DNA of 64,000 nucleotides from Nitrospirota bacterium (GCA_963699545.1 CAVOUE010000010.1:129447-193446); one strand, 5' to 3'. Counted from the first letter of the stretch, positions 23,338-32,152 are shown. Made by a program: numbers and translations. The notes: generated by a model not told the origin, from the sequence alone.

Positions 23338-23885
23338 AATCTCCTTTCCTCAGGGATTTCAAGGAGCGGGTGATGTCTGAGACCCAGCATCCAGGCGAAG
23401 ATGACCTGAGGGAAGATCTCTCTCTGTGTATTATAAATCGTTACCGTCTCGTTGAAGAAGACACGGCGGTCGGCGATGGATGATTCGAGGCTCGAGATCC
23501 TCTGCTGAAGCTGCAGGAACGACTCATTTGCCTTGAGCTGCGGGTACCCCTCCCAGACAGCCTTCAGGGACCCCATCTTTTCGACCATCTCATTCTCGAT
23601 CTTCGTCTTCTGATCCGTCCGTTTTGCTGAACCGTAGAGCGTACGCAGTTTCGTTAGTGATTCAAGGATGCCTTGCTCATACCGGACATAGGCCCTCGTC
23701 ACATCGATCAGTTTCGGGATCTCTTCGTTACGCTGGATAAGGAGGACATCAATATTCGCCCATGCCTTGCCGATGTTGTTCCTGACCTGGATCAGGCTGT
23801 TGAAGAGGCTGATTATGTAGCCGATGCCGCCTGCAGCAAGGAAGAGAAGGATAACCACCACGACGAACACAAGTCCGGATTTCAC
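23334..23885 (-). CDS. LemA family protein
   Basis: N-terminal TM; NSLIQVRNNIGKAWANIDVLLIQR..IPKL; YPQLKANESFLQLQ; RRVFFNETV..YN. Confidence 0.93.
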   Translation of the reverse strand: MKSGLVFVVVVILLFLAAGGIGYIISLFNSLIQVRNNIGKAWANIDVLLIQRNEEIPKLIDVTRAYVRYEQGILESLTKLRTLYGSAKRTDQKTKIENEMVEKMGSLKAVWEGYPQLKANESFLQLQQRISSLESSIADRRVFFNETVTIYNTQREIFPQVIFAWMLGLRHHPLLEIPEERRL

Positions 23886-23985
23886 ACTATCCCCCTCATA
23901 AGAATCAACGAAACAGATAGAGCGGCAAGTGTCAGCGCCGCACCAACACTGAACAGAACATTCAATAGAGCGCTGAGACCTTCAT
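23882..23985 (-). CDS. candidate 34-aa single-pass membrane microprotein (needs a 1-nt correction)
   Basis: ATG overlaps upstream stop (ATGA) and TGA overlaps LemA start (GTGA); 104 nt, one short of 35 codons; reads MKVSAL(L)LNVLFSVGAALTLAALSVSLILMRGIV. Confidence 0.5.
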
Positions 23986-25532
23986 CTCTCCACTTCAATG
24001 AATCCCGCGTTATTATTCAGGATCTGGCCGGTGCCGTCATCCTTTACAAACTGCGCGTGGAGAAAGAGTGATACCGAGTACTTGCCGGGACCAATGCCTG
24101 ATGCGAGCATGACATTGTCCCATGAATGCTCTCCTGCTGTGTTTGCATCGAATGTCTTCTCGATCGGCTGACTCAGGCTTCCGCCTTTCACTCTGAGTGT
24201 GTATTTTACAAAGGCGGGAAGGGTAACGAGTCCCTTCTGAGTTCTTGAGAGTCCTGCTATGACATCATGTCCGACATAGATCTTCCCTGATGAATAAACC
24301 GCATCTCCCTTTGCCTCAGCAGACCATTCGATATGCCCGATAGTGTCTTCCTTGATCGGGAGGAAGGAGTTCTTCTCCCACGCGTACGTAACTGGAGCGC
24401 CTAACTTTCTGAGGGCCATTCTTATTCCCGAGGCAGTGATCCTTGTCCTGTCCCTCAGCAACGAGTCGAGCACTTGGATCGCCTGGGGCCGCGCCCCCTT
24501 CCTGGCAAGCTCATCAGCAATCTCTCCGGTATGAAAGTGGTCTTTTTTCAGAGCTTCGATAAGCTCCGGCACCTGCATCTGGCTGATCTGTGATGTACTG
24601 AGAAAGGCGCTGCCCGATACGGAGTCGGCCTGCTTAGGTTCAAGTCCCTTGCAGGATTCCATAGGGGCATTCATTCTCTGCAGAGAAAGGTTGATGGTCC
24701 TTAATACACTCGTCTCTGCCGGAGATGTTCCTTGTTTGTCATAAAAATAGCATCGTGCCTTGTTGAGGGAAGGGACAGCATCAATGCCGATTCCAGCCAG
24801 CGCAACGGCTGCGTCACCCTTCACATTGACGTTTTCCTGAGGGTTCATGATGGCTGCGAGAAGATCGTTCTCAGCATTTTTCGCTTTCGGTCCCATCTTT
24901 GCAATCGCCATGGCTGCATCCCAACGGATGGTGACGTTGTTCGGGTCGGACGTATCCCAGTACTTAAGGGCACGCACCAGATGCGGCAACCCCACTTCAC
25001 CGATACCGGCCAGCCCCTCCATCGCTCCCTGCCGCAGGTGGAGGTCTTTATCCGTCACGTAGGGTGCCAGAACTCCTGTCGCACCTGCAGCGTCTTTGCC
25101 TTTGAGCCCCAGTGCCTTCGCATAGGTTGCATGGAGGGCGGTCTGAGTACGATCCGGCACCGTTCCCCAAGCCCCGATAAGCTGCTCTACGCTCATCGCC
25201 CGCGCCGTTTCTTCTGCATTACCGGGCGGGTATTTCCATTCTTTACCCTGGACCTTTTGGGCAATACTCTTCACCCCTCTCATACCACCACTGCGGAAAA
25301 AGAAAAAGCCGCCTACAGACAGAATGACAAGGGCAGTTCCGATGAGGACAATGGGAATGGCGCTCCTTTTCTTTTTCGGCTCGATAGTAACCCGAGGCGG
25401 GGGTTCAGGTTCCTGCTTCGGTTCAGGCGCTTTCTGCCGGGGCCTCCATTTAGAGAAGATGATCCCGCAATAGGGACATTCGCTCTCTCCCTCACTAACG
25501 GATTTCTGGCAATTCGGACAGATCTTGCTCAT
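23982..25532 (-). CDS. zinc-ribbon, TM and HEAT-repeat protein
   Basis: CPNC..ECPYCGIIFSKW, Pro linker, TM, HEAT-like repeats (LRQGAMEGLAGIG, RWDAAMAIAKMG, KGDAAVALAGIG). Confidence 0.8.
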   Translation of the reverse strand: MSKICPNCQKSVSEGESECPYCGIIFSKWRPRQKAPEPKQEPEPPPRVTIEPKKKRSAIPIVLIGTALVILSVGGFFFFRSGGMRGVKSIAQKVQGKEWKYPPGNAEETARAMSVEQLIGAWGTVPDRTQTALHATYAKALGLKGKDAAGATGVLAPYVTDKDLHLRQGAMEGLAGIGEVGLPHLVRALKYWDTSDPNNVTIRWDAAMAIAKMGPKAKNAENDLLAAIMNPQENVNVKGDAAVALAGIGIDAVPSLNKARCYFYDKQGTSPAETSVLRTINLSLQRMNAPMESCKGLEPKQADSVSGSAFLSTSQISQMQVPELIEALKKDHFHTGEIADELARKGARPQAIQVLDSLLRDRTRITASGIRMALRKLGAPVTYAWEKNSFLPIKEDTIGHIEWSAEAKGDAVYSSGKIYVGHDVIAGLSRTQKGLVTLPAFVKYTLRVKGGSLSQPIEKTFDANTAGEHSWDNVMLASGIGPGKYSVSLFLHAQFVKDDGTGQILNNNAGFIEVER

Positions 25533-25559
25533 TATCTCCTCCCGCTCGTGTGATATCGA

Positions 25560-26126
25560 TCAGGAAAAATCCATCTTCACATCTTTCCTTTTTTCTTCAG
25601 GTATCTCAAGGAACGTCTGTCTCTGATAGTTCATACTGCGGGCAAGGACGAGGTCTGGGAAACGCTCGATCTGGATATTAAAGATGTTCACCGCGTCGTT
25701 GAACGCTTCACGGTAGTCGGCGATCTTCGATTCAATCGCCGAGACCCTGTCCTGTATCTGGAGGAAGCTCTGCACCGCCTTCAGGTCAGGATACTGCTCC
25801 CAGACCATCTTCAGTTTTTCAAGGAGCTTGCTCAGCTCATTCTCGACCCTGATCTTTTCCTGTATTTCCTTTGCCATGGTGTAGCCCGTCCGGAGTTCAG
25901 TAATCTTCGTGAGGAGATCTTTTTCATGCTTCATATACGCCTTGCAGGCATCGATGAGTTTCGGCAGTTCGTCATTCCTCTGTTGCAAAACAACATCGAT
26001 GTTTTTCCATGTCTTCTGGACGTTGTTCCGGACAGTGATCAGTCCGTTATAGACAGCTACACCAACACCGATAATCCCGAGCGTTAAAATACCGATAACG
26101 ATAAGAACAATCAAACCTGCTGACAT
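25560..26126 (-). CDS. LemA family protein
   Basis: YNGLITVRNNVQKTWKNIDVVLQQRNDELPKL; YPDLKA; REAFNDAVNIFN..FPD. Confidence 0.94.
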   Translation of the reverse strand: MSAGLIVLIVIGILTLGIIGVGVAVYNGLITVRNNVQKTWKNIDVVLQQRNDELPKLIDACKAYMKHEKDLLTKITELRTGYTMAKEIQEKIRVENELSKLLEKLKMVWEQYPDLKAVQSFLQIQDRVSAIESKIADYREAFNDAVNIFNIQIERFPDLVLARSMNYQRQTFLEIPEEKRKDVKMDFS

Positions 26127-26236
26127 ATGTCTTTCCTCCTTGACGAGATAAGGACGTATCCTATTGTCTCATACTTGCAAGGCTATTTCAAAGACTCTTC
26201 CATAAACATGGCAGGTCATCAGCATTCAATAATCCG

Positions 26237-26273
26237 GAGGGAGGGGCGGCCCTCCGGGAATGCCCCTCCCTCT
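26237..26273 (-). terminator. GC-rich hairpin, probable terminator of the arsR locus
   Basis: GAGGGAGGGG...CCCCTCCCTC inverted repeat just downstream of the microprotein gene. Confidence 0.55.
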
Positions 26274-26305
26274 CTTTGTGCTATGCCATCAGGCAGGCAA
26301 GATGA

Positions 26306-26473
26306 TCATTTGCCTGAGCCGCAGCAGAACTGAAACCCTTGCTTGCCGGTCTCTTCACCGCAACAGTTCTTGAAGGCGGCTGCAACGTTCTCCTTGACGC
26401 CCTCTCCTTTAATTTCTATGCGGAGGCCGTCTTCGGTCTCGGTCACCTTCACATTGCAACACTCTTTTTCCAT
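26306..26473 (-). CDS. 55-aa Cys-rich microprotein with three CC pairs
   Basis: AGGAGGTG RBS; MEKECCNVKVTETEDGLRIEIKGEGVKENVAAAFKNCCGEETGKQGFQFCCGSGK; intact frame, too short for the ORF track. Confidence 0.85.
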   Translation of the reverse strand: MEKECCNVKVTETEDGLRIEIKGEGVKENVAAAFKNCCGEETGKQGFQFCCGSGK

Positions 26474-26502
26474 CTCTCTCACCTCCTTTCAGTCTATGAT
26501 TA

Positions 26503-26518
26503 TTCGACAACACTCGAA
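26503..26518. promoter_or_regulatory. palindrome TTCGA-N6-TCGAA, candidate ArsR operator
   Basis: Inverted repeat between the arsR stop and the microprotein RBS; a GTTCGA half-site recurs at the arsR start (26861-26866). Confidence 0.55.
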
Positions 26519-26536
26519 CAAGACAGCCAAAAAAAA

Positions 26537-26875
26537 CTACTTGAGGAAATCCTTCATGGTATCAATTACCTCCTTGTTGACCCTGCAGCGATACATCTGG
26601 CCTTCGCGCTCACAGGTAATAAGGCCTGCATTCTGGAGTTCCTTAAAATGATGCGATATTGTTGACCTCGAAAGTTTCATGCGGTCGCAGATCTTTGTAA
26701 ACGCCCTCTCAAGACTTCCAGCGACTCCGCAGCACGACTCCCCTTTTATGCGAAATTCGGCCGCAACCTTGGACCCTTCAGGCATGCAACAGTTCTTGTA
26801 GATCATCAGAAATATCTTCAGCCGCTGCTCGTTCGACAGGGCCTTGAAGATTCTTGCGTAGTTCGATAGTTCCAT
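26537..26875 (-). CDS. ArsR/SmtB family transcriptional regulator with CC pairs
   Basis: ARIFKALSNEQRLKI, LSRSTISHHFKELQNAGLITCEREG; NCCM and SCCG motifs. Confidence 0.92.
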   Translation of the reverse strand: MELSNYARIFKALSNEQRLKIFLMIYKNCCMPEGSKVAAEFRIKGESCCGVAGSLERAFTKICDRMKLSRSTISHHFKELQNAGLITCEREGQMYRCRVNKEVIDTMKDFLK

Positions 26876-26881
26876 ACTCAT

Positions 26882-26910
26882 AGAATAATCTAATCAAACA
26901 TTATTGTCAA
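26882..26910 (-). promoter_or_regulatory. sigma70 promoter TTGACA-N17-TATTCT, leaderless to ATG 26875
   Basis: Consensus -35, 17-nt spacer, 6 nt to ATG. Confidence 0.7.
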
Positions 26911-27009
26911 GTATTATTTTCAGTAGCCCTTTTCAGCTTGGCCCGGATAATTCATAACCTCTCCTGGGGGAAAAAGCTCATGAACACGATGGGTTAAAAT
27001 ACTCCCCTG

Positions 27010-28527
27010 TCAAGGGTCCTGTATTGTATGGCTTCGGAGAACATGATGGCTCTGGATATCTGCCGTACCCTCAAGGTCTGAGATCGTCCTCGAGACCTTC
27101 AATATTCTCATGTATGCCCTGGCGCTCAGGCCGAGCTTCTGCATCGCCGTATCCAGAAGACCGCGGGCATCATCCTTGAGGTTGCAGTATTTCTTGATGT
27201 GCCTCGTCTTCATCTGGCCGTTGCAGTAGATCCTGTCTCCCCTGAACCGTTCGAGTTGCCGGTCCCTCGCCTTCATTACCCGCTCCCTTATAGTCTCCGA
27301 CTTCTCCCCTGAGAGTTCAGTTGAAAGCTCCTTATAGGGCACCGCAGGCACTTCTATATGTATGTCGATCCTGTCCAGGAGAGGCCCTGATACCCTCCTC
27401 CGGTACCGATGGATCTGCCCCGGACCGCACGTGCATTGATGTTTCGGGTCTCCCAGGTAGCCGCAGGGGCAGGGGTTCATGGCGCTCACGAGCATGAATG
27501 AAGCCGGATATGTGATCGAAGCCACTGCCCTTGATACAGTCACCTCCCCGTTTTCGAGCGGCTGTCTCAGGACTTCAAGGACATTCCTTTTGAACTCGGG
27601 GAGTTCATCCAGAAACAAGACACCGTTATGTGCAAGGCTTACCTCTCCCGGCTTCGGCACCTGTCCCCCTCCTATAAGGGCGACATCCGAGATGGTGTGG
27701 TGCGGGGCCCTGAATGGTCGTATTGCCAGAAGCGGCTGCCCGTCCTTGAGAAGACCTGCAACACTGTGGATCCTTGTGCTCTCGAGCGCTTCATCAAAGG
27801 TCATTCCCGGGAGTATGGTCGGAAGCCTCTTCGAAAGCATGGTTTTTCCGGACCCTGGCGGACCGATGGTCAGTACGTTGTGACCGCCCGCAGCAGAGAC
27901 CTCAAGGGCCCTTTTTGCGTGCTCCTGGCCTTTTACCTCGGAGAAGTCCTCTTCATACACCGAGTTCTCTTCAAGTGCCCTTACAGGGTCTATGGTGAGG
28001 GGGAGCTTCGGTTCGACTGCAGTCAGAAATTCGATCACTTCAGGGAGGCTTTCGAGACCGAAGACATTCACGCCGCTCACGACCGCGGCCTCAGGCGCGT
28101 TCTCCCTCGGAAGCACAAGTCCTTTCAATCCCAGCCCTCTCGCGAGGATCGCCATCGAGAGGGCCCCGCGCACGGGCTTTATCCTGCCGTCAAGGGAAAG
28201 TTCACCGGTGAAGAGATACCCCTTGAGGAGTTCCGGGTCGATGACGCCCTCCGCGGCAATGATCCCTATGGCAATGGGGAGATCGAAAGAAGACCCTTCT
28301 TTCTTCAGATCAGCGGGCGCAAGGTTCACGGTGATCTGCTTGAGAGGGAAGTTGAACCCGATATTCTTCAGGGCCGGTCTCACCCTGTCACGGCTTTCCT
28401 TCACCGCAAGGTCAGGAAGCCCGACCATCGAGAAATGGGGAAGGCCCCGCGCAGTTATATCGACCTCCACCTCGACCATGTGGGCATCGATACCGACCAC
28501 GCTGGCGCTCTGTATTTTTGCGAGCAT
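27010..28527 (-). CDS. comM: YifB/ComM Mg-chelatase-like AAA+ ATPase (probable frameshift at extreme C-terminus)
   Basis: [66 protein letters not shown]. Confidence 0.95.
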   Translation of the reverse strand: MLAKIQSASVVGIDAHMVEVEVDITARGLPHFSMVGLPDLAVKESRDRVRPALKNIGFNFPLKQITVNLAPADLKKEGSSFDLPIAIGIIAAEGVIDPELLKGYLFTGELSLDGRIKPVRGALSMAILARGLGLKGLVLPRENAPEAAVVSGVNVFGLESLPEVIEFLTAVEPKLPLTIDPVRALEENSVYEEDFSEVKGQEHAKRALEVSAAGGHNVLTIGPPGSGKTMLSKRLPTILPGMTFDEALESTRIHSVAGLLKDGQPLLAIRPFRAPHHTISDVALIGGGQVPKPGEVSLAHNGVLFLDELPEFKRNVLEVLRQPLENGEVTVSRAVASITYPASFMLVSAMNPCPCGYLGDPKHQCTCGPGQIHRYRRRVSGPLLDRIDIHIEVPAVPYKELSTELSGEKSETIRERVMKARDRQLERFRGDRIYCNGQMKTRHIKKYCNLKDDARGLLDTAMQKLGLSARAYMRILKVSRTISDLEGTADIQSHHVLRSHTIQDP

Positions 28528-28587
28528 TGCGGTATTATATTTTCAATAAGGCACAAATGCAACTGCTTTCGTACGCAGTCGTCCTAA

Positions 28588-28617
28588 TTGACAAGGAATT
28601 CATCCTGCGTGTATTCT
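28588..28617 (+). promoter_or_regulatory. tRNA operon promoter TTGACA-N18-TATTCT
   Basis: Consensus -35 and near-consensus -10 ending 11 nt before tRNA-Lys. Confidence 0.65.
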
Positions 28618-28628
28618 ATTAGACTCAA

Positions 28629-28701
28629 GGGCCGCTAGCTCAGTTGGTAGAGCAACGCCCTTTTAAGGCGTGGGTCGATGGTTCGAATCCATCGCGGCTC
28701 A
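28629..28701 (+). tRNA. tRNA-Lys (anticodon TTT), CCA not encoded
   Basis: Acceptor GGGCCGC/GCGGCTC, D arm GCTC-AGTTGGTA-GAGC, anticodon loop CTTTTAA, T loop TTCGAAT. Confidence 0.96.
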
Positions 28702-28702
28702 T

Positions 28703-28780
28703 GTCCCCATCGTCTAGTCTGGCCTAGGACATCGCCCTTTCAAGGCGGTAACGCGGGTTCGAATCCCACTGGGGACGCCA
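28703..28780 (+). tRNA. tRNA-Glu (anticodon TTC) with encoded CCA
   Basis: Acceptor GTCCCCA/TGGGGAC, anticodon loop CTTTCAA, T loop TTCGAAT, 3' GCCA. Confidence 0.96.
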
Positions 28781-28786
28781 GTAAAT

Positions 28787-28900
28787 TCAAGAGGTTACAG
28801 CCTGTAACCTCTTTTCTGTTTCATCGGATCGTAGCAAAATTGCAGCAGTCCCCTTTGCCTCGATCACTTTGATAGCCTCTCTGAGACACTCATCAGTAAG
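28787..28900 (-). pseudogene. probable C-terminal remnant of a tyrosine integrase
   Basis: LTDECLREAIKVIEAKGTAAILLRSDETEKRLQAVTS* converging on the tRNA att site; resembles the tail after the catalytic Tyr, but catalytic residues are absent. Confidence 0.4.
28789..28815 (+). terminator. hairpin terminator after the tRNA operon
   Basis: AAGAGGTTACA-GCC-TGTAACCTCTT followed by TT. Confidence 0.7.
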
Positions 28901-29035
28901 AATTGACCATCCGGAATTGGCAGGGAATTCGGCGAGGTCAAATAATTGGATAAATTTTTGATTATCTTATCGAAGGCAGGATCAATTTTTTGTTTCCAAG
29001 GGGATGATTTTGACTTCATGCGGGAGAAGTATCCA

Positions 29036-29097
29036 GTAACACAACGCTAAGGAGCGCGGCAGCTTTTTACGGTCCAAGTTAATTTGCCTTATTAGGG
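29036..29097 (-). other. truncated or degenerate attC-like site (left arm only)
   Basis: CCCTAATAAGGCAAATTAACTTGGACCGTAAAAAGCTGCCGCGC overlapping the gene stop; complementary right arm not found. Confidence 0.4.
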
Positions 29098-29600
29098 AAC
29101 TTTGCTGCGCACCTTGCCACCAACGCAGTGAGTTTATCTAACTGTGATGAGCAGAATTCAATAACATCGTTGTCCTCTCGATCGACGAAATAGCGCCTGA
29201 GAGTGACATTCCGCGACTCAACTGCTTTTTCGGGTACAACGGGTTCTGCATCGGGAGAGAGTTCATCACCCTCTTTGACCAAGATCGCGTCAAAACTACA
29301 CGAAACTGCGCGAGTGGTCCCTATATGAACGGGTTTTCGGTGCACATCTTCAACACGAGCCTCCTTTAAGCACCTTAGCTCTTCATCTGCTACCATCCTT
29401 GTTTGTTCCATGCAGTACCACTCTGGAAACCCAGTCTTTTTTCCGTATTGCTTCTGCATATAGAAGGTGATGCTTCGAGCTGCAGACAAAAAAGCACTAA
29501 GAAAGTAAGAAAACTCGTCATCCTCCTGATAGTGTTTCTTTGCTTGTCGGAGGTGAAATTCTGCTTCCTTGGCTTTATATTGCCTAGGATTCTCGATCAC
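29079..29600 (-). CDS. hypothetical protein, probable integron gene cassette
   Basis: Intact 173-aa ORF (EAEFHL..YFLSAFLSAARSITF..EARVEDVH) with GAGGGG RBS right after an attC. Confidence 0.75.
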   Translation of the reverse strand: MIENPRQYKAKEAEFHLRQAKKHYQEDDEFSYFLSAFLSAARSITFYMQKQYGKKTGFPEWYCMEQTRMVADEELRCLKEARVEDVHRKPVHIGTTRAVSCSFDAILVKEGDELSPDAEPVVPEKAVESRNVTLRRYFVDREDNDVIEFCSSQLDKLTALVARCAAKFPNKAN

Positions 29601-29619
29601 GTCAATGTCCCCTCATTAA

Positions 29620-29711
29620 CCCTAACGACAGCCATAAGCTACGCCGGAAAAAGGAATGAATGAAAATCAAACCACGTCTATTCGGCGTCGGCCTCCATGG
29701 TATTGTTAAGC
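29620..29711 (-). other. integron attC recombination site
   Basis: R'' GCTTAAC to R' GTTAGGG, 92 bp; imperfect palindrome CCATGGAGGCCGACGCCG / CGGCGTAGCTTATGG with bulged bases; begins 4 nt after the upstream stop. Confidence 0.7.
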
Positions 29712-29715
29712 ATTA

Positions 29716-30372
29716 TCAAATTAGAGTTGTGTAGCCGTCTCTGAGTAATTCTGCTTCATTTGCTGAAGAAACAGCTTCAAGAACTCTTTTGTTTTGAGGA
29801 TAAAATAAAACTAATATGGCGGCAAAGTCCGGCCTTGGATTGAGATAAAAGATGTGATTAAAAATCATTGTATTCGTATGACAATATTTAATGACCAACG
29901 CGGTGATTGAGTCAATAAGACCAAGTTTCCCATCAGTATTGTAAATGATTAACGACTTTGTCTTGGTCTTGCCATAAGATTTGTATTTCTCAGATTTACT
30001 CTGGATAAGTCCCTTCAAGTATTCATATCTTTCTTGCGCAGAGTATTTTGATTTTAAATTCTTGTAGCCCTCCTTAGTCAAAGGTGCATCTTCCACCAAT
30101 TCAACACCCATTGCCCCCAAGGAAGTATTGATACGGAAATCAATATCATGATCAGAGACTTTTACGGACACACTTAGAATTTTAAAGCACTTTTCTTGAT
30201 CAGGTTGTTTGCAAAATATGTTCATGATGAACTTGACGACATTTTGAGTCCTTCTACGTTTATAGGTTTTGCCCCGACACATACTCCCGGGTGTACGAGT
30301 TTGGAACTCCCGCCGATGCCGAAATTTTTCACCTCCCCTCCCGCAGTATTTATGAATGAAGAGTATTTTCAA
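29716..30372 (-). CDS. hypothetical AT-rich protein, probable cassette (5' end uncertain)
   Basis: ORF ending immediately before the attC; Lys-rich; DHDIDF..GVELVE may be a PD-(D/E)xK-like motif. Confidence 0.55.
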   Translation of the reverse strand: MKILFIHKYCGRGGEKFRHRREFQTRTPGSMCRGKTYKRRRTQNVVKFIMNIFCKQPDQEKCFKILSVSVKVSDHDIDFRINTSLGAMGVELVEDAPLTKEGYKNLKSKYSAQERYEYLKGLIQSKSEKYKSYGKTKTKSLIIYNTDGKLGLIDSITALVIKYCHTNTMIFNHIFYLNPRPDFAAILVLFYPQNKRVLEAVSSANEAELLRDGYTTLI

Positions 30373-30395
30373 AAAGTAAGCTCCTTATAGAAGGA

Positions 30396-31754
30396 TTAGC
30401 TTGATTGGATAATGCGCACCATCTCTTGTGCCCTGTTCGCCCACTCTGCTTGCTTAAGAAAATCCTCGATAACCTCTGCTTCCATTGTCACCGAGGCAGC
30501 GGAAGCGATCTGTTCCTCAAATTCTTTCTCTGTTCCCGCTAAATACACATAGGGATAATTCCTTATATGCTCTCCAACGCCCCGCGCCACGACAGGCAAT
30601 CTGAAATGCAAGTACTCGTATATTTTTAAATTGTCACAAGAGATGGTGAGGCAGTTCATCTTGAACGGTACGATCGCGACATCCCAGTTTCGCGCATAGG
30701 CATAGAGAAAGACGGGTTTGACCGGTGTGAGATGGACAACGTTGATAGGTAGTGTAATTCCTTTGGGCAAGAAACCTACTAGATAAAACAACCAGTCTCT
30801 GCGTTTTTGTGCGATCGAAAAGAGCATTTTCCAGTCGAACCGGTACTCCATATGACCGAAGTACCCAATCGTTATACTGCCCCTATCCAGATGTCTTGTG
30901 TAATCCGTGATGAGATTGGGGGAATAGCCGTTACACACTATATGCACAGCACCATAAGGACTGAATTTCTCTTTAAGAAAAGGGCTGACCGTAATTCTGA
31001 CATCTGCATTATGGGCGATAAATTGTTCAATCTGCTTGCTATACCAATGAAGCCAACCCTCCTTATAGAACTCTTCCCAGTTATCGAGGATATCATACAC
31101 GGTCTTCCATTTGTTACCTTTGGCATAGCCGATTATCTCAGGGATATGGGGATGTAGAGTTTGAATTAAAAGCGTCTTGCCAAGCAGAGGGAAATCAGTG
31201 CACCCCTCAAATATGAATCGGTAGAGGTTTGAAAACAAAGAAATGTGCATTTGCATGACGGTTTCACCGACGCGCTCAAAAGTTTCTATGCTGGTATCCC
31301 TTACCAACTCGGTGAATACATAGAGTATCGCAAATCCCATGGCACTGAATTCGTGTGCCAGTTTTATTGCACGGTGGCTTAATTGATCACTTCTACAAAT
31401 AATCTTGTCTCTCATCGCCGGATTAGCTATGATAATAAAGATTCCTTTTTGAGATAGTGAGGCTGCGAGAAAATCATTAATCGTCTGGTAGTGCGTATCG
31501 GTTATGGTTGCTGATGGGACAAAATATTGAGGGGGTTTGGCAAATCTCCCTGCAAAGAGGGAGAGCTTCCTTCGCCATGAAGATTCGACTCCAACCAGTT
31601 TGCCGCACGCCTGCGATAATCTCCACGTCCTGGATGATTGCATCATCTCGAGTAATTCGCCTTTTTGCTTGAGTTCAATTTTGAATTGTTCTATCTGAAA
31701 CTCAAGATCGCCTATCTGTTTCTTCAGGTCTTCTATTATCGAATAATCACGCAT
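30396..31754 (-). CDS. GT-B glycosyltransferase-like protein with N-terminal coiled coil
   Basis: MQSSRTWRL coiled-coil end; VYDILDNW, VCNG, IGYFG, DVAIVPF, NLKIYEYLHFRLPVV. Confidence 0.8.
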   Translation of the reverse strand: MRDYSIIEDLKKQIGDLEFQIEQFKIELKQKGELLEMMQSSRTWRLSQACGKLVGVESSWRRKLSLFAGRFAKPPQYFVPSATITDTHYQTINDFLAASLSQKGIFIIIANPAMRDKIICRSDQLSHRAIKLAHEFSAMGFAILYVFTELVRDTSIETFERVGETVMQMHISLFSNLYRFIFEGCTDFPLLGKTLLIQTLHPHIPEIIGYAKGNKWKTVYDILDNWEEFYKEGWLHWYSKQIEQFIAHNADVRITVSPFLKEKFSPYGAVHIVCNGYSPNLITDYTRHLDRGSITIGYFGHMEYRFDWKMLFSIAQKRRDWLFYLVGFLPKGITLPINVVHLTPVKPVFLYAYARNWDVAIVPFKMNCLTISCDNLKIYEYLHFRLPVVARGVGEHIRNYPYVYLAGTEKEFEEQIASAASVTMEAEVIEDFLKQAEWANRAQEMVRIIQSS

Positions 31755-32152
31755 CGTACTCCTTCAGTGTTACATGTATACGTAAATAGAGTGCCCCTCT
31801 CTTAGTTCCAACGGGGGATACTGTATAATCCATAAAAGAGGTGATTTTTGTAAAGAGTCTTGAAAGTGAGGCAGCCTTTAATCTCCGCATATTTCCTAAG
31901 TTGAGCGTAAAGCACTTCCTTAGTAGAGGAAGTTCAGTGCCAGGAATTTCCTGTTATTACCTGCTGGATCGCTGATTTGGAAGATACGTCCTGATAGATG
32001 TCGAAGATGAGGATAAAGGGCGGCTCATCAAGGCGTTGGTTTGAGGGGCCGCTGCGCATCGAAAAAAATATCCGTCGAGGATTGTGTAACAACGCCATCT
32101 CTGGGCTTGATTACACTTTTGAAAGATTTTTCTAACAAGGTTTTCATCATCG

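Noticed and set aside
23334-26126. LemA pair as evidence of a magnetosome island
   Set aside because: No other mam or mad genes (mamA, B, E, K, M, P) recognisable in the window.
27628-28587. 319-aa + strand ORF
   Set aside because: Antisense shadow of comM.
28901-28925. AATTGACCATCCGGAATTGG as an IS terminal inverted repeat
   Set aside because: No matching inverted copy or transposase found in the window.
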